Below, in pieces: positions 12,137 through 21,800 of a stretch of 32,000 bases of DNA (position 1 is the first letter of the stretch; each line of letters opens with the position of its first letter). Location: NCBI RefSeq assembly GCF_009734345.1, contig NZ_CP032551.1, positions 660,001 through 692,000 of the forward strand, read 5' to 3'. Below the pieces are notes generated by a model. It was not told where the DNA came from. It was given only the letters and a program-made list of their open reading frames with translations, and searched no databases. Position numbers and translations under genes: made by a program. The stretch comes from Pseudidiomarina andamanensis (lineage in GTDB: Bacteria > Pseudomonadota > Gammaproteobacteria > Enterobacterales > Alteromonadaceae).

Positions 12137-14389
12137 CGCCTCCCGCTCTTCAATTTTAAGTTCCAACTGGCCTTTAGCAACAGACACGTTGACCGCACCA
12201 CCATGTGCAAGCTTACCGAACAAAATTTCGTTCGCTAATGGTTTTTTCAAGTGTTCTTGAATGACACGCGCCATTGGACGAGCCCCCATCGCTTTGTCGT
12301 AGCCTTTTTCCGCTAACCAACGAATTGCAGCTGGTTCAAGTTCAAGTGACACATGCTTTTTATCCAATTGTGCTTGTAGCTCACAGATAAACTTATCAAC
12401 CACCTGCTCTATCACTTCTTGATTCAAGTGATTAAACCAGACTATGCCATCTAATCGATTGCGAAACTCTGGTGAGAATGTTCGGTTAATTTCGGCCATC
12501 GCATCTGGCGCATGGTCTTGCTGCTGAAAACCAATGGATTGACGCACTGTTTCTTGCACGCCGGCATTGGTTGTCATTACCACAATCACATTACGGAAAT
12601 CCGCTTTACGGCCGTTATTGTCGGTCAAAGTTCCGTGATCCATCACTTGCAACAGAATGTTATAAATGTCGCTATGCGCTTTCTCAATTTCATCTAATAG
12701 CAATACGCAATGTGGGTGTTTGATTACGGCGTCTGTCAGCAAGCCACCTTGTTCAAATCCGACATAACCTGGCGGTGCGCCAATTAAGCGGCTCACGGCA
12801 TGACGCTCCATGTATTCCGACATATCAAAGCGAACAAATTCGATTCCCAATACTTTTGCAAGCTGTTGAGTTATCTCAGTTTTACCAACACCCGTTGGGC
12901 CGGCGAACAAAAATGAACCGATTGGCTTGTGTTCTTGACCTAAGCCTGAGCGTGATAATCGAATTGCGGCAGTGAGTTGATCAATCGCTTGATCTTGCCC
13001 AAACACCACCAGCTTCAAATTGCGATCGAGTTTTTTCAAAATCTGCTGATCACTGCGTGATACAGACTGCTCTGGAATGCGTGCGATTTTCGCAATAATG
13101 CTTTCAATATCTTGCACGCCGATGGTTTTCTTGCGCTTCGATGGCGGCAGTAGACGCTGACTAGCGCCCGCTTCATCCAGCACATCAATCGCTTTATCTG
13201 GCAAATGACGCTCGTTGATATAGCGCGCTGACAACTCCGCCGCGGCACGAATAGCCGGCTGGGTATATCGAATGCCATGATGTTCTTCGTAGCGCTCTTT
13301 TAAGCCCTGAAGAATTCGCGTGGTGTCGTCAACTGATGGTTCCGCCACATCAATCTTCTGAAAACGGCGCACCAATGCACGATCTTTTTCAAAAATATTC
13401 TTATATTCGGTGTATGTGGTTGAGCCGATACACTTCAGTTCACCGCTGCTCAACAACGGCTTCAATAAGTTAGAAGCATCTAACACCCCACCACTTGCCG
13501 CACCTGCACCGATAATGGTGTGAATTTCATCAATAAACAAGATGGCGTCAGGTTGTTCTGCAAGCTCTTTTAATAATTGCTTAAAGCGCTTCTCGAAGTC
13601 GCCTCGGTACTTCGTACCAGCTAATAAGCCGCCCATATCCAATGAATAAATAACCGCGTTTTGCATGACCTCTGGCACATCGTCGGTAACGATTCGGTGC
13701 GCTAAGCCCTCGGCAATCGCCGTTTTACCCACACCCGCCTCACCAACTAACAATGGGTTATTTTTACGGCGACGACATAGCACTTGAATGCAGCGCTCGA
13801 GTTCAAAATCACGCCCAATTAATGGGTCGATTTTGCCTTCACGTGCTCGTGCATTGAGATTGGTACAAAAACGCTTTAAGAAACTCTGTTGTTCTTCGGT
13901 TTGCGCTTCAATGGTCTCGGCATCACTACTATCAGTTTGCGACGACTCATCATCAATTTTAGTCATCCCATGTGACAAATAATGAACCACATCAAGTCGT
14001 GTAATATCGTGCTTATTTAATAAATAGACAGCGTGTGACTCTTGCTCGCCGAAAATTGCGACCAGCACGTTGGCGCCGGTTACTTCGCTGTTACCTGATG
14101 ACTGAACGTGGAAAACCGCGCGCTGTAATACGCGTTGAAACCCAAGCGTTGGCTGCGTATCGGTGTCAGCACTTTCATCATCAAAACTCGGTGTACTACG
14201 ATCAACATAGCTCAATAATTCTTGCTTTAACTGCGTGAACTCAAGCCCACAAGCGCGTAACGCTTGCGCTGCCTCTGGATTATCCAGCAACGCTAACAGG
14301 AGATGCTCCACCGTCATTAATTCATGACGATGATCTCGGGCTAACCGAAACGCATCATTTAACGTAATTTCTAGCGCTTTATTTAACAT
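12116..14389 (-). CDS. clpA: ATP-dependent Clp protease ATP-binding subunit ClpA
   Basis: 757 aa with a Clp N-domain and two AAA+ modules ([17 protein letters not shown]; [19 protein letters not shown]). Preceded by clpS. Confidence 0.98.
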   Translation of the reverse strand: MLNKALEITLNDAFRLARDHRHELMTVEHLLLALLDNPEAAQALRACGLEFTQLKQELLSYVDRSTPSFDDESADTDTQPTLGFQRVLQRAVFHVQSSGNSEVTGANVLVAIFGEQESHAVYLLNKHDITRLDVVHYLSHGMTKIDDESSQTDSSDAETIEAQTEEQQSFLKRFCTNLNARAREGKIDPLIGRDFELERCIQVLCRRRKNNPLLVGEAGVGKTAIAEGLAHRIVTDDVPEVMQNAVIYSLDMGGLLAGTKYRGDFEKRFKQLLKELAEQPDAILFIDEIHTIIGAGAASGGVLDASNLLKPLLSSGELKCIGSTTYTEYKNIFEKDRALVRRFQKIDVAEPSVDDTTRILQGLKERYEEHHGIRYTQPAIRAAAELSARYINERHLPDKAIDVLDEAGASQRLLPPSKRKKTIGVQDIESIIAKIARIPEQSVSRSDQQILKKLDRNLKLVVFGQDQAIDQLTAAIRLSRSGLGQEHKPIGSFLFAGPTGVGKTEITQQLAKVLGIEFVRFDMSEYMERHAVSRLIGAPPGYVGFEQGGLLTDAVIKHPHCVLLLDEIEKAHSDIYNILLQVMDHGTLTDNNGRKADFRNVIVVMTTNAGVQETVRQSIGFQQQDHAPDAMAEINRTFSPEFRNRLDGIVWFNHLNQEVIEQVVDKFICELQAQLDKKHVSLELEPAAIRWLAEKGYDKAMGARPMARVIQEHLKKPLANEILFGKLAHGGAVNVSVAKGQLELKIEEREARGSTTD

Positions 14390-14429
14390 GAGCTACTCCT
14401 TAAAAGGCTCAGTGCACAGCTTGCAAGCC

Positions 14430-14744
14430 TCAGGCTTTTTCCATCGAGCATAACAACGGATGCTGATGCTCGCGGGCGTACTGGTTCACTTGTACTACTT
14501 TGGTTTCTGCGATTTCTGCAGAATAGACGCCACAAATGGCGCGTCCTTTATAATGGATGGTCAACATGGTGTCAGTTGCCCGCTCTTGATCCATCCGAAA
14601 AAACTTAATTAAAACCTCAACGACAAAATCCATTGGGGTGTAGTCGTCATTATTTAATATCACCTTGTACATTGGGGGCGGCTGTAGCTTTTGCTTTTCA
14701 GCAACCCTTTCGCTGCCTTGTTGGTGATGATCTGCCATACCCAT
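14430..14744 (-). CDS. clpS: ClpA adaptor protein ClpS
   Basis: 104 aa with the ClpS core [23 protein letters not shown]. It lies 40 nt upstream of clpA. Confidence 0.95.
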   Translation of the reverse strand: MGMADHHQQGSERVAEKQKLQPPPMYKVILNNDDYTPMDFVVEVLIKFFRMDQERATDTMLTIHYKGRAICGVYSAEIAETKVVQVNQYAREHQHPLLCSMEKA

Positions 14745-14862
14745 GGATGACCCTTTCTTTATATATAGTAGCTATTTGCGCAAATGGCTTAAAAATTTGT
14801 AAGTTCGGTGAAAAATACCCACCATGAGACTAAGTTTGTTCACAAAACAATCAAAAAACGGC

Positions 14863-14890
14863 TTGACTATCACCAGAACTCACCTAGAGT
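14863..14890 (+). promoter_or_regulatory. Candidate sigma-70 promoter for cspD (TTGACT-N16-TAGAGT)
   Basis: -35 TTGACT at 14863-14868, a 16-nt spacer, and -10 TAGAGT at 14885-14890. This implies a roughly 100-nt 5'-UTR, as is common for csp genes. Motif match only. Confidence 0.4.
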
Positions 14891-15000
14891 AAAACATGGT
14901 GTTAACAAAGCAACATTTCAAGTGTGTCAAACACGTCGTTTCGTTAGCAACCATTCTAACAATAACTAAATTTTAAATGCAGAATAAAGGATGTAGAAGT

Positions 15001-15216
15001 ATGGCAACCGGTAAAGTGAAATGGTTCAATAATTCCAAAGGTTTTGGCTTTATCGAGGCAGAAGATCGCGAAGGCGATATTTTTGCACATTACTCAACAA
15101 TTGATATGGAAGGCTATCGCACGCTGAAGGCTGGACAAGACGTTGAGTTTCAACTCGAGGAAGGGCCTAAAGGTCTTCATGCAACCAACATTATTCCGGT
15201 GCAAGGTAGTAAGTAA
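15001..15216 (+). CDS. cspD: Cold-shock-domain protein, CspD-like
   Basis: MATGKVKWFNNSKGFGFI with RNP motifs. The ATG at 15001 is preceded by AAAGGA. It is divergent from clpS as in E. coli. The tracker's start at 14977 adds 8 unlikely residues. Confidence 0.88.
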   Translation: MATGKVKWFNNSKGFGFIEAEDREGDIFAHYSTIDMEGYRTLKAGQDVEFQLEEGPKGLHATNIIPVQGSK

Positions 15217-15235
15217 GACGCCACACGCACCATAT

Positions 15236-15264
15236 AAAACGCCGACTTTAAAGTCGGCGTTTTT
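15236..15264. terminator. Bidirectional Rho-independent terminator between convergent cspD and yejK
   Basis: Perfect 28-nt palindrome AAAACGCCGACTTT/AAAGTCGGCGTTTT. It has a GC-rich stem core flanked by an A-run on one side and a T-run on the other, and sits between the two stop codons (15216 and 15284). Confidence 0.8.
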
Positions 15265-15283
15265 CGTTTATATTGGCGCTGAC

Positions 15284-16327
15284 TTAACTATCAATACCGA
15301 AATAGCGGCGTAATTGATCACGCAGGTTCGGCGGCGTGCCGTGAATCGTCAATTTATCGGTGTGTGGATCATATTCAACCCGAGCACCAAGTAGCTCTTG
15401 GTCAAAACCGACACTCAAGCCACCACCCTGCCCTTGAAACTTCACGAGTTTACGCAACGTACCTCTATCCGCTCGAATCTCTTCTGGTAACGGTTGTGAT
15501 TGCTCAGCAGTGAAGTCAGCAAAGCTTCGCTCAGTCGGCACGGCTTGTTGTAACTGTTCAGATAAATCTTTGACTCGCACCGGCTCATTACTTTTCCATG
15601 AACTGTCGCAGATGTCGTATACCGATTTACGCAATGTATTCGCCTGCTCCGTCGGTAACTCCGCCGCTTTCACATAATCGTGCAAGCTCTCAACTAAATG
15701 TTGTGACTGCTTCTTCGCATTCAAACCTTCTGCACACCCCAAAAAGTCCAAGAAGAAATCAGATACTTTACGTCCAACTCGGCCCTTAATAAATGAAATA
15801 TAGGTGGCTGACTCCGGTTCTTCCTGCCATTCAGTAAGATTAATGGTGGCGGCTAATTGAACTTTATTGATATCAAGTTGCGATGAACGGTCCACCGATA
15901 AATCAGGCGCTATAGTGACACCATCTTTGCTTGGCAAAAAAGCGACAACTAAATAATCTTGTCCTAACTCGGTATAGCTGGCGATAACCAAAAAACCATC
16001 TTCCAAAATGCCATAGTGCTGTAGCTGTTGATGAAGAATCTTTGCTGCTTGTTGAGAAAAACCAATAAACTCATCATCGCCACTTCGCCAAGCTTTCAAT
16101 TTATCCGGGAACTCACTTATCTGATGTTCTTCCGCATCATCGTTGACGGGATCAATAAAGCGCGCATAGCCTTTACTTGGTTTCGCGTTATAAACTTCCG
16201 TTAGCTCACTCAATAACAGACCAACTTCGTCATTAATAGCCAGAGTTGCTGGAGCAATTCGCAGACCAATCTGCCCGTCGTTGGTATAGAATTGATGGAT
16301 AATGCTATGTTTCACATCAGCTTGCAT
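15284..16327 (-). CDS. yejK: Nucleoid-associated protein YejK (NdpA)
   Basis: 347 aa with an NdpA-like N-terminus (IIHQF...) and overall layout. Divergent from yejL-yejM as in E. coli. Confidence 0.9.
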   Translation of the reverse strand: MQADVKHSIIHQFYTNDGQIGLRIAPATLAINDEVGLLLSELTEVYNAKPSKGYARFIDPVNDDAEEHQISEFPDKLKAWRSGDDEFIGFSQQAAKILHQQLQHYGILEDGFLVIASYTELGQDYLVVAFLPSKDGVTIAPDLSVDRSSQLDINKVQLAATINLTEWQEEPESATYISFIKGRVGRKVSDFFLDFLGCAEGLNAKKQSQHLVESLHDYVKAAELPTEQANTLRKSVYDICDSSWKSNEPVRVKDLSEQLQQAVPTERSFADFTAEQSQPLPEEIRADRGTLRKLVKFQGQGGGLSVGFDQELLGARVEYDPHTDKLTIHGTPPNLRDQLRRYFGIDS

Positions 16328-16398
16328 GTTATCTCGGTGTCCTCTGTGATTCCCTGTGATACTATGTGCGCTAGTTTAACATGTTGAGATTTAAAACC

Positions 16399-16620
16399 AT
16401 GCCGATTGTTTCGAAATACGATGTAAAAACCCAACAACAGCTGCTTGATGCGGTAATTGATGTCTTGAATCAACATAAAGCGCCAACCGATTTAGCTCTC
16501 ATGACGCTTGGTAACGCCGTTTCAAATATTATCAATGCTAGCTATAAATCCGAAGATGCGTACAAGGTTGCTGAACAATTTGGCAAAGTACTGCTACAAT
16601 CGATGCAAAAACAAGCATAA
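16399..16620 (+). CDS. yejL: UPF0352 protein YejL
   Basis: MPIVSKYD...LLDAVIDVLNQHKAPTDLALMTLGNAVSNIIN aligns with E. coli YejL ([46 protein letters not shown]). The ATG at 16399 is preferred over 16381. Confidence 0.87.
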   Translation: MPIVSKYDVKTQQQLLDAVIDVLNQHKAPTDLALMTLGNAVSNIINASYKSEDAYKVAEQFGKVLLQSMQKQA

Positions 16621-16635
16621 AGGTTTAGTCACCGC

Positions 16636-18255
16636 ATGAAACAACGTAAACAACGTCGCGATAAAATTGCTCGATTAATTAGCTGGGGCCACTGGTTTAC
16701 GTTTTTCAATATCCTACTCGTGCTCGCAATTGGCACACTCTATATTGAAGCCACCGAAGCGCCAGGAAGTGCGCTAGGCGTTCTTTATCTGATCATGAGT
16801 TGGCTGGGACACTTTGCATTTTTGCCGTTCATTGTTTTTATTATTCTTATTTTTCCGTTCTGTCTTCTCATTCCATATACCCGAATTTTGCGTGGTATCG
16901 CCACTTTAGTCGCCTCGTTTGGGCTGATAGCGCTGGTCGCTGATGCGCTGTTCTATAGACAATATGGCTATCATTTAAATACCTACTCGTTATCGCAGTT
17001 GGCAACTGACGCTGAAACAGTATTCGCAGGGGCAAGCTTTCTCATTCTAATAGGTATGCTACTCATTTTTGTGGTGCTGCTTATTTTCGAACTTGGCCTG
17101 GCCAATATTGCGTGGAAAAGGCTTGACCAATTACAACAGAAACATTGGGGCAATGCGTTCAGCGCCGTTTTCGTATTGTGCTTTTTAACCAGTCATAGCA
17201 TTCATATCTGGGCTGATGCGGTGTTCTACACCCCTATTACCAAGCAAGATGACATGTTTCCGTTGAGTTATCCCACTACAGCAAAAACGCTCATGAGCAA
17301 ACACGGATTGCTTGTTGAACAACGCCTTGAGGCGACTGAAAATCTTATTCGTCAAGGTACAGCAATTAAATTGGCATATCCGAGCCGCCCACTGCAGTGC
17401 GCGCGTGTACCTGATGCACCAAATACATTGGTGATTGCGCTAAACCAACTTGACGCAGCTACCTTAAAAACGTTGTTACAAGAGTTTCCAGAATTAAAAG
17501 CATATGAAAGCTCAGTTCTTGGCCATCGTGATAGCACCAGCGGTCTGTTTGAACTCATCTATGCACTGCCTGATCTTTATCAAGCACCAATTCAGCACGC
17601 AAACAAACAACCAGTCTATTTTTCTACGTTACGCGATTATCGGGTTGAAGTGACGTTACAAAATCAATTGCAATCGTCGTCATTACCGGCCGCACTTGAC
17701 GCGTTTAGCGCTTTTAACTTACCTGAGCCGTCGGCGTATATTGGTATTGCTGCAGCAGACACTATGACACCAGAAATGAAACGTGTTCTACGTCGACAGC
17801 TCGATCAACACACAGAAGTGGTGATACTAGGTATACAACCACAACAGCCGGAACAAAAAGAGGCGCAGTCTATTTCAGCCATGCAAGTGCCGTTGCTCTA
17901 CACTGAGGGGCTATCGTTAAAATCACAGCCGTTAGTGTTACTTACCGACATCATGCCAACCGTACTAGCGCGTTACATTAATTGTGTTGATGAAGCCGAT
18001 GCGTATTCTATTGGCATTGATTTAACCGAAGAACAACGTCGCTTGCCTGTCATGACAAGTTTCGGCCATGACCTTGTTGTTTACGATGAAGAAATGACAT
18101 CAATTATTAAGGCCGATGCAACTATTCGTACGTTTGATAATGTTGAGCACAAATTATTACCAGGAGTTTCTCCTGCAACACCAGTTTTAGTTGATGGTAT
18201 TCGGAAATTGAAACGCTTCAGTCAAGAGCAACAACCAAACCCTATTGAGCAATAA
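16636..18255 (+). CDS. yejM: Inner-membrane YejM/PbgA/LapC-like protein
   Basis: The N-terminal region is colinear with E. coli YejM (ISWGHWFTFFNILL, HIWADAVFYTPITKQDDMFPLSYPTTAKTLMSKHGLL). It has five hydrophobic helices followed by a large C-terminal domain. The yejK-yejL-yejM-tRNA-Pro order is conserved. Confidence 0.82.
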   Translation: MKQRKQRRDKIARLISWGHWFTFFNILLVLAIGTLYIEATEAPGSALGVLYLIMSWLGHFAFLPFIVFIILIFPFCLLIPYTRILRGIATLVASFGLIALVADALFYRQYGYHLNTYSLSQLATDAETVFAGASFLILIGMLLIFVVLLIFELGLANIAWKRLDQLQQKHWGNAFSAVFVLCFLTSHSIHIWADAVFYTPITKQDDMFPLSYPTTAKTLMSKHGLLVEQRLEATENLIRQGTAIKLAYPSRPLQCARVPDAPNTLVIALNQLDAATLKTLLQEFPELKAYESSVLGHRDSTSGLFELIYALPDLYQAPIQHANKQPVYFSTLRDYRVEVTLQNQLQSSSLPAALDAFSAFNLPEPSAYIGIAAADTMTPEMKRVLRRQLDQHTEVVILGIQPQQPEQKEAQSISAMQVPLLYTEGLSLKSQPLVLLTDIMPTVLARYINCVDEADAYSIGIDLTEEQRRLPVMTSFGHDLVVYDEEMTSIIKADATIRTFDNVEHKLLPGVSPATPVLVDGIRKLKRFSQEQQPNPIEQ

Positions 18256-18319
18256 AGCATCAGTTGATGCCCTAGCCTCTTGCCAATTCAGTGGTTATCG
18301 GTAATATAGCCAGCTCGGT

Positions 18320-18396
18320 CGGCGTGTAGCGCAGCTTGGTAGCGCACTGTCATGGGGTGTCAGGGGTCGCTGGTTCAAATCCAGTCACGCCGACCA
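18320..18396 (+). tRNA. proL: tRNA-Pro (anticodon GGG)
   Basis: 77 nt, folded by hand. Acceptor CGGCGTG/CACGCCG; D-arm GCGC-AGCTTGGTA-GCGC; anticodon arm CTGTC-ATGGGGT-GTCAG (U33, GGG at 18354-18356, G37, one T:T mismatch at 30:40); variable loop GGGTC; T-arm GCTGG-TTCAAAT-CCAGT; encoded ACCA end. Position after yejM matches E. coli proL. Confidence 0.9.
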
Positions 18397-18406
18397 ATAA
18401 ATTCTA

Positions 18407-20281
18407 TTACTCTGCGAAATGGTATTGATTGCGACCGCTCTCTTTTGCTTGATACATGGCAGCATCAGCAATCTTCAACAACTGTTTCGGGGTATCAGCA
18501 TGTTCGGGGTATAACGCGACCCCCATCGACGCACCAATCTGTAATGTCAGCGTACCAACACGAAATGGCTTTTGCAGCGCCTCAATAACGTCAGAAGCAA
18601 TTTTCTCGATATCGCTTCGTTGTTGAATAGTCTCAATTAAAATAACGAACTCATCACCACCCAAACGCCCGACAATATCTGAAGAACGCAGACATTCTCG
18701 AACGCGCGGACCAATCGCTTGCAACAGCGCATCACCAACATCATGTCCGTATGAGTCATTGACTGGTTTAAAGAAATCCAAATCAAAAAATAAAAGCGCA
18801 CAGGATTGATTCGACTGGTGCGTTCGTTTGATGGCATCATCAAGATGCTGAAGCACAGCAAAACGATTAGGGAGATGTGTGAGCGTATCGGTTAACGCCA
18901 GTTGTTGCATCCGCTCTTGGTCGTGTTTTTCGGCAGAGATATCGTTAAAAATATGAATGAGCTGCAACGCATCGTCATGATTATTCCGCACAGGCGTTAT
19001 GGTTTGTAATGCAGGAAAAACATCGCCACTCGGCTTTTTGTACCAAACCTCACCCTGCCAGCTATCATTTTTTTGAATGTGACGTCTAACCTGACGTTGG
19101 ATATCATCAGTCATTCGATTGTCGTCGATAAACGTCAATAAACAGGTGCTTTTAACCTTGTCCACTTCAACATCAAACAGCTGCGCAAATGCTTTGTTTG
19201 CGCGTAAAATAACCAGCGCTTTATCAGTAATCACAATGGCTTCCTGAGCTCGCTCAAAAACTGTATTGGCGAGTTTTAACTTGCGATTCGATTCATGTAA
19301 TAATCTGTGTTGTGTTAACTGAGCGCGAATAATCGGCTGCGAATATTTATGCAGCAACCAAGTGCCAATTGCTACCGTCAAGAATATAACCAACGCGATC
19401 GAGACAAACTCGGTAAATAAAGCTTCAAATAAATTTGCTTGCGCATGAATGACGACTAAGCCCCACGCTGAATCTTGAAATGGAATAAAATAGTGTAATC
19501 GAGTGTCTTCTTTTGATGTATCCCGATATACAAACGGAGCATTGCCGTAGGCAGCTATATAGAAATTCTCGTTAGTGCCGAATTCACGTTGCTTTAATTG
19601 ATTCGAAGTTTGATCAAATTCGATGTACAACCGCTCACGAGAATTCACCAAACGAAAATTAGTACCGTTTCCGAATGTGTTTAATTCACGCAAAATATCA
19701 ATGATCTCGGTGGGTCCAAACAACAAGATATCGATACCAATTGTGCGGTTGTTATCATCGGCTATTGGTGCCGCTGCAGAAATAAAAAGATTGTCCGCTA
19801 AGGTCACGTAATGCAAACCGTAGGGTCTTAATTGCTGCGGGTCAAAACTTAATTCAGTGGCAAAAGAATTCCTCGCCGGACCACTATACTGGGCAATCAC
19901 TTCGCCAGTATTAGTCATTCGAATACCAACAACTAAATTCGGAATAAACGCCGCCGCATCAGTAATACGCACACGTGTTTCTTGTTTAACTTGTGCTGAA
20001 TCTATCTCACCTGCGGTGTAGGCAATTAGAGCCTTTCTAATTTGGGTTCGACTGGCAAACTGTTTGGCAATTGATTGATAATGTTGAAGCTGTTTTTGCA
20101 CCGACATCGCCTGCGCTGAGGCATAGGCTAAACCGGTTCGGTCTTGTGATTGAGAAATATAATAAGACAGTGGAAGAAATGTCATTAAACTTGCAACGAC
20201 ACCAGTCAGCAAAATACCCCATACGACTTTGCGAATAAGCGTTCGATATTTTCCTGAAATGTCTGTAGCAGTTTGTCGCAC
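18407..20281 (-). CDS. Sensor diguanylate cyclase (periplasmic sensor domain-TM-PAS-GGDEF)
   Basis: GTG start preceded by AAGGA. TM helices at about residues 20-41 and 289-310 flank a periplasmic domain of roughly 245 aa. A PAS-like segment follows (ERAQEAIVITDKALVILRANKAF...). GGDEF domain with RLGGDEFVIL and an RxxD I-site (RSSD) five residues upstream. Confidence 0.9.
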   Translation of the reverse strand: MRQTATDISGKYRTLIRKVVWGILLTGVVASLMTFLPLSYYISQSQDRTGLAYASAQAMSVQKQLQHYQSIAKQFASRTQIRKALIAYTAGEIDSAQVKQETRVRITDAAAFIPNLVVGIRMTNTGEVIAQYSGPARNSFATELSFDPQQLRPYGLHYVTLADNLFISAAAPIADDNNRTIGIDILLFGPTEIIDILRELNTFGNGTNFRLVNSRERLYIEFDQTSNQLKQREFGTNENFYIAAYGNAPFVYRDTSKEDTRLHYFIPFQDSAWGLVVIHAQANLFEALFTEFVSIALVIFLTVAIGTWLLHKYSQPIIRAQLTQHRLLHESNRKLKLANTVFERAQEAIVITDKALVILRANKAFAQLFDVEVDKVKSTCLLTFIDDNRMTDDIQRQVRRHIQKNDSWQGEVWYKKPSGDVFPALQTITPVRNNHDDALQLIHIFNDISAEKHDQERMQQLALTDTLTHLPNRFAVLQHLDDAIKRTHQSNQSCALLFFDLDFFKPVNDSYGHDVGDALLQAIGPRVRECLRSSDIVGRLGGDEFVILIETIQQRSDIEKIASDVIEALQKPFRVGTLTLQIGASMGVALYPEHADTPKQLLKIADAAMYQAKESGRNQYHFAE

Positions 20282-20399
20282 CGCATATCCTTAGGCTGGT
20301 TTTTGAATGACTGCGTTACATCCTTTAATTGGTCTTAGTATAGCTAACTTTGTAAAACAATTACTCAGCTAAATGTAGGTAAGAGGTTACCCACAACGG

Positions 20400-21800
20400 C
20401 TAATTCGCCTGGCTCCAAAAACCGCGACAAAGTTCGGTCACATCACGCACACACTCTTGACGTTGTGCGTCGCGCACAAAACTGCGCTGATTCAAACTCG
20501 ACCATTGCGGGTGTCGACGTGCTAATTTTAAACGTCCTGACAATGCCCGCAGAAATTGTTCGCGCAATTTCGAAGACTGCGTTACTAGCAATAAATCTTG
20601 TGAACCGTGGCCACGTGTTGCTAATTGCTGTAATAAATTCATTTGCCGCAGTGTAAGCAGTTTTAGAATCTCATCATCGACAATCAACTCACGCTCACCT
20701 TTGAAGTGACCAAGCAGTTTTTTTCCGTAATGGTTCCAGCCCTGCCAAATACCGCCAATAGCAGCGCCTAGAGCTGTACCAGTACCTAAACTCATCCCGC
20801 CAACCATCAAATCAATACCGGCACCAATCGCCGCACCACTGCCAACACCCACACTGGTTTTAATTCCAAACTCTTTCAGTGTTTCTAACTCAAACAGGTC
20901 GTCTTTCCATGTACCATCAGTCAAACGAAGCTGTTGTAAGCGAACATGTTCTAAACGAAACGCATAAAGCGCTAACATTTCAGTGACACAATTACGCTCG
21001 CGTCGTTTTACTAAATTCTGCATTTGCTCAACGATTGGCTTAAGTTGCGCATCACCAAAATCAGCGTTGACTTGCTCGTGAAATGCGGCCACATCAACAA
21101 GTAGTTCGGCTATTTGAGTTAACCCCGTATTTAAACGATGCGCCCGCTGCTGCGTGCGATATTCAGCGAGTTGTTCAAGTTGCTGCTGAAAGCCAGGCAC
21201 TATCGCACTAAGCCGATTAAACAAGATAGCTTCGCCCCCTTCTGGAGGACTCACCGCATCGAATTCAATATGCGCATGCAGATTAACTTTGGTAAGAGCC
21301 AGCTTCCATTCGTTCACATTATTTGGTTTTTGTGCCGTGAAGTTCAAAATTGGCAGTATCGGCTTGCCACAACGCGCAAGAACACTCAGTTCGTCTTGAT
21401 ACTTCGGTAATACCGGATCACGTACATCAATGACATATAACGCTGCATGACATTTCAATAACTGGCGCAATACCTTCGATTCTTGTTCGAATTGTTGTGC
21501 TGCCGCCATGGTGTTTAGAAAGTGACGAACTTGTGCTGGACCATCGTGGCGAAAGTTTGATTCGCTCTTTACCAAGTGTTCGTACAAATCAGAACCGGCT
21601 TCTAACCCCGGCGTATCAAATAAGCGCAGTAATAATTGGCCATCCGCATCAACATCGATGCTGGTCACTTCACGAGTTGTACTTGGACGCGAATCAACCT
21701 CGCCGAATTGGCTATCATGCAACAAAGTTCGCATTAACGAGGTTTTACCGGTATTTGTGTGTCCAACTACGGCGAGCATGAGTGCGTTTACTGTTTCCAT
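20400..21800 (-). CDS. Membrane-anchored P-loop GTPase of unknown function (resembles GTPase/DUF3482 family from memory)
   Basis: The ATG at 21800 is preceded by GAGGAGGG plus a 6-nt spacer. G1 GHTNTGKTS, G2 region PSTTRE, G3 DTPGLE. No canonical NKxD; LNFTAQ sits at the expected position. Then a helical Q/L-rich middle, the glycine-zipper hydrophobic segment GVGSGAAIGAGIDLMVGGMSLGTGTALGAAIGGIW, and a basic C-terminal tail. The tracker's start at 21833 reads through the RBS. Confidence 0.8.
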   Translation of the reverse strand: METVNALMLAVVGHTNTGKTSLMRTLLHDSQFGEVDSRPSTTREVTSIDVDADGQLLLRLFDTPGLEAGSDLYEHLVKSESNFRHDGPAQVRHFLNTMAAAQQFEQESKVLRQLLKCHAALYVIDVRDPVLPKYQDELSVLARCGKPILPILNFTAQKPNNVNEWKLALTKVNLHAHIEFDAVSPPEGGEAILFNRLSAIVPGFQQQLEQLAEYRTQQRAHRLNTGLTQIAELLVDVAAFHEQVNADFGDAQLKPIVEQMQNLVKRRERNCVTEMLALYAFRLEHVRLQQLRLTDGTWKDDLFELETLKEFGIKTSVGVGSGAAIGAGIDLMVGGMSLGTGTALGAAIGGIWQGWNHYGKKLLGHFKGERELIVDDEILKLLTLRQMNLLQQLATRGHGSQDLLLVTQSSKLREQFLRALSGRLKLARRHPQWSSLNQRSFVRDAQRQECVRDVTELCRGFWSQAN

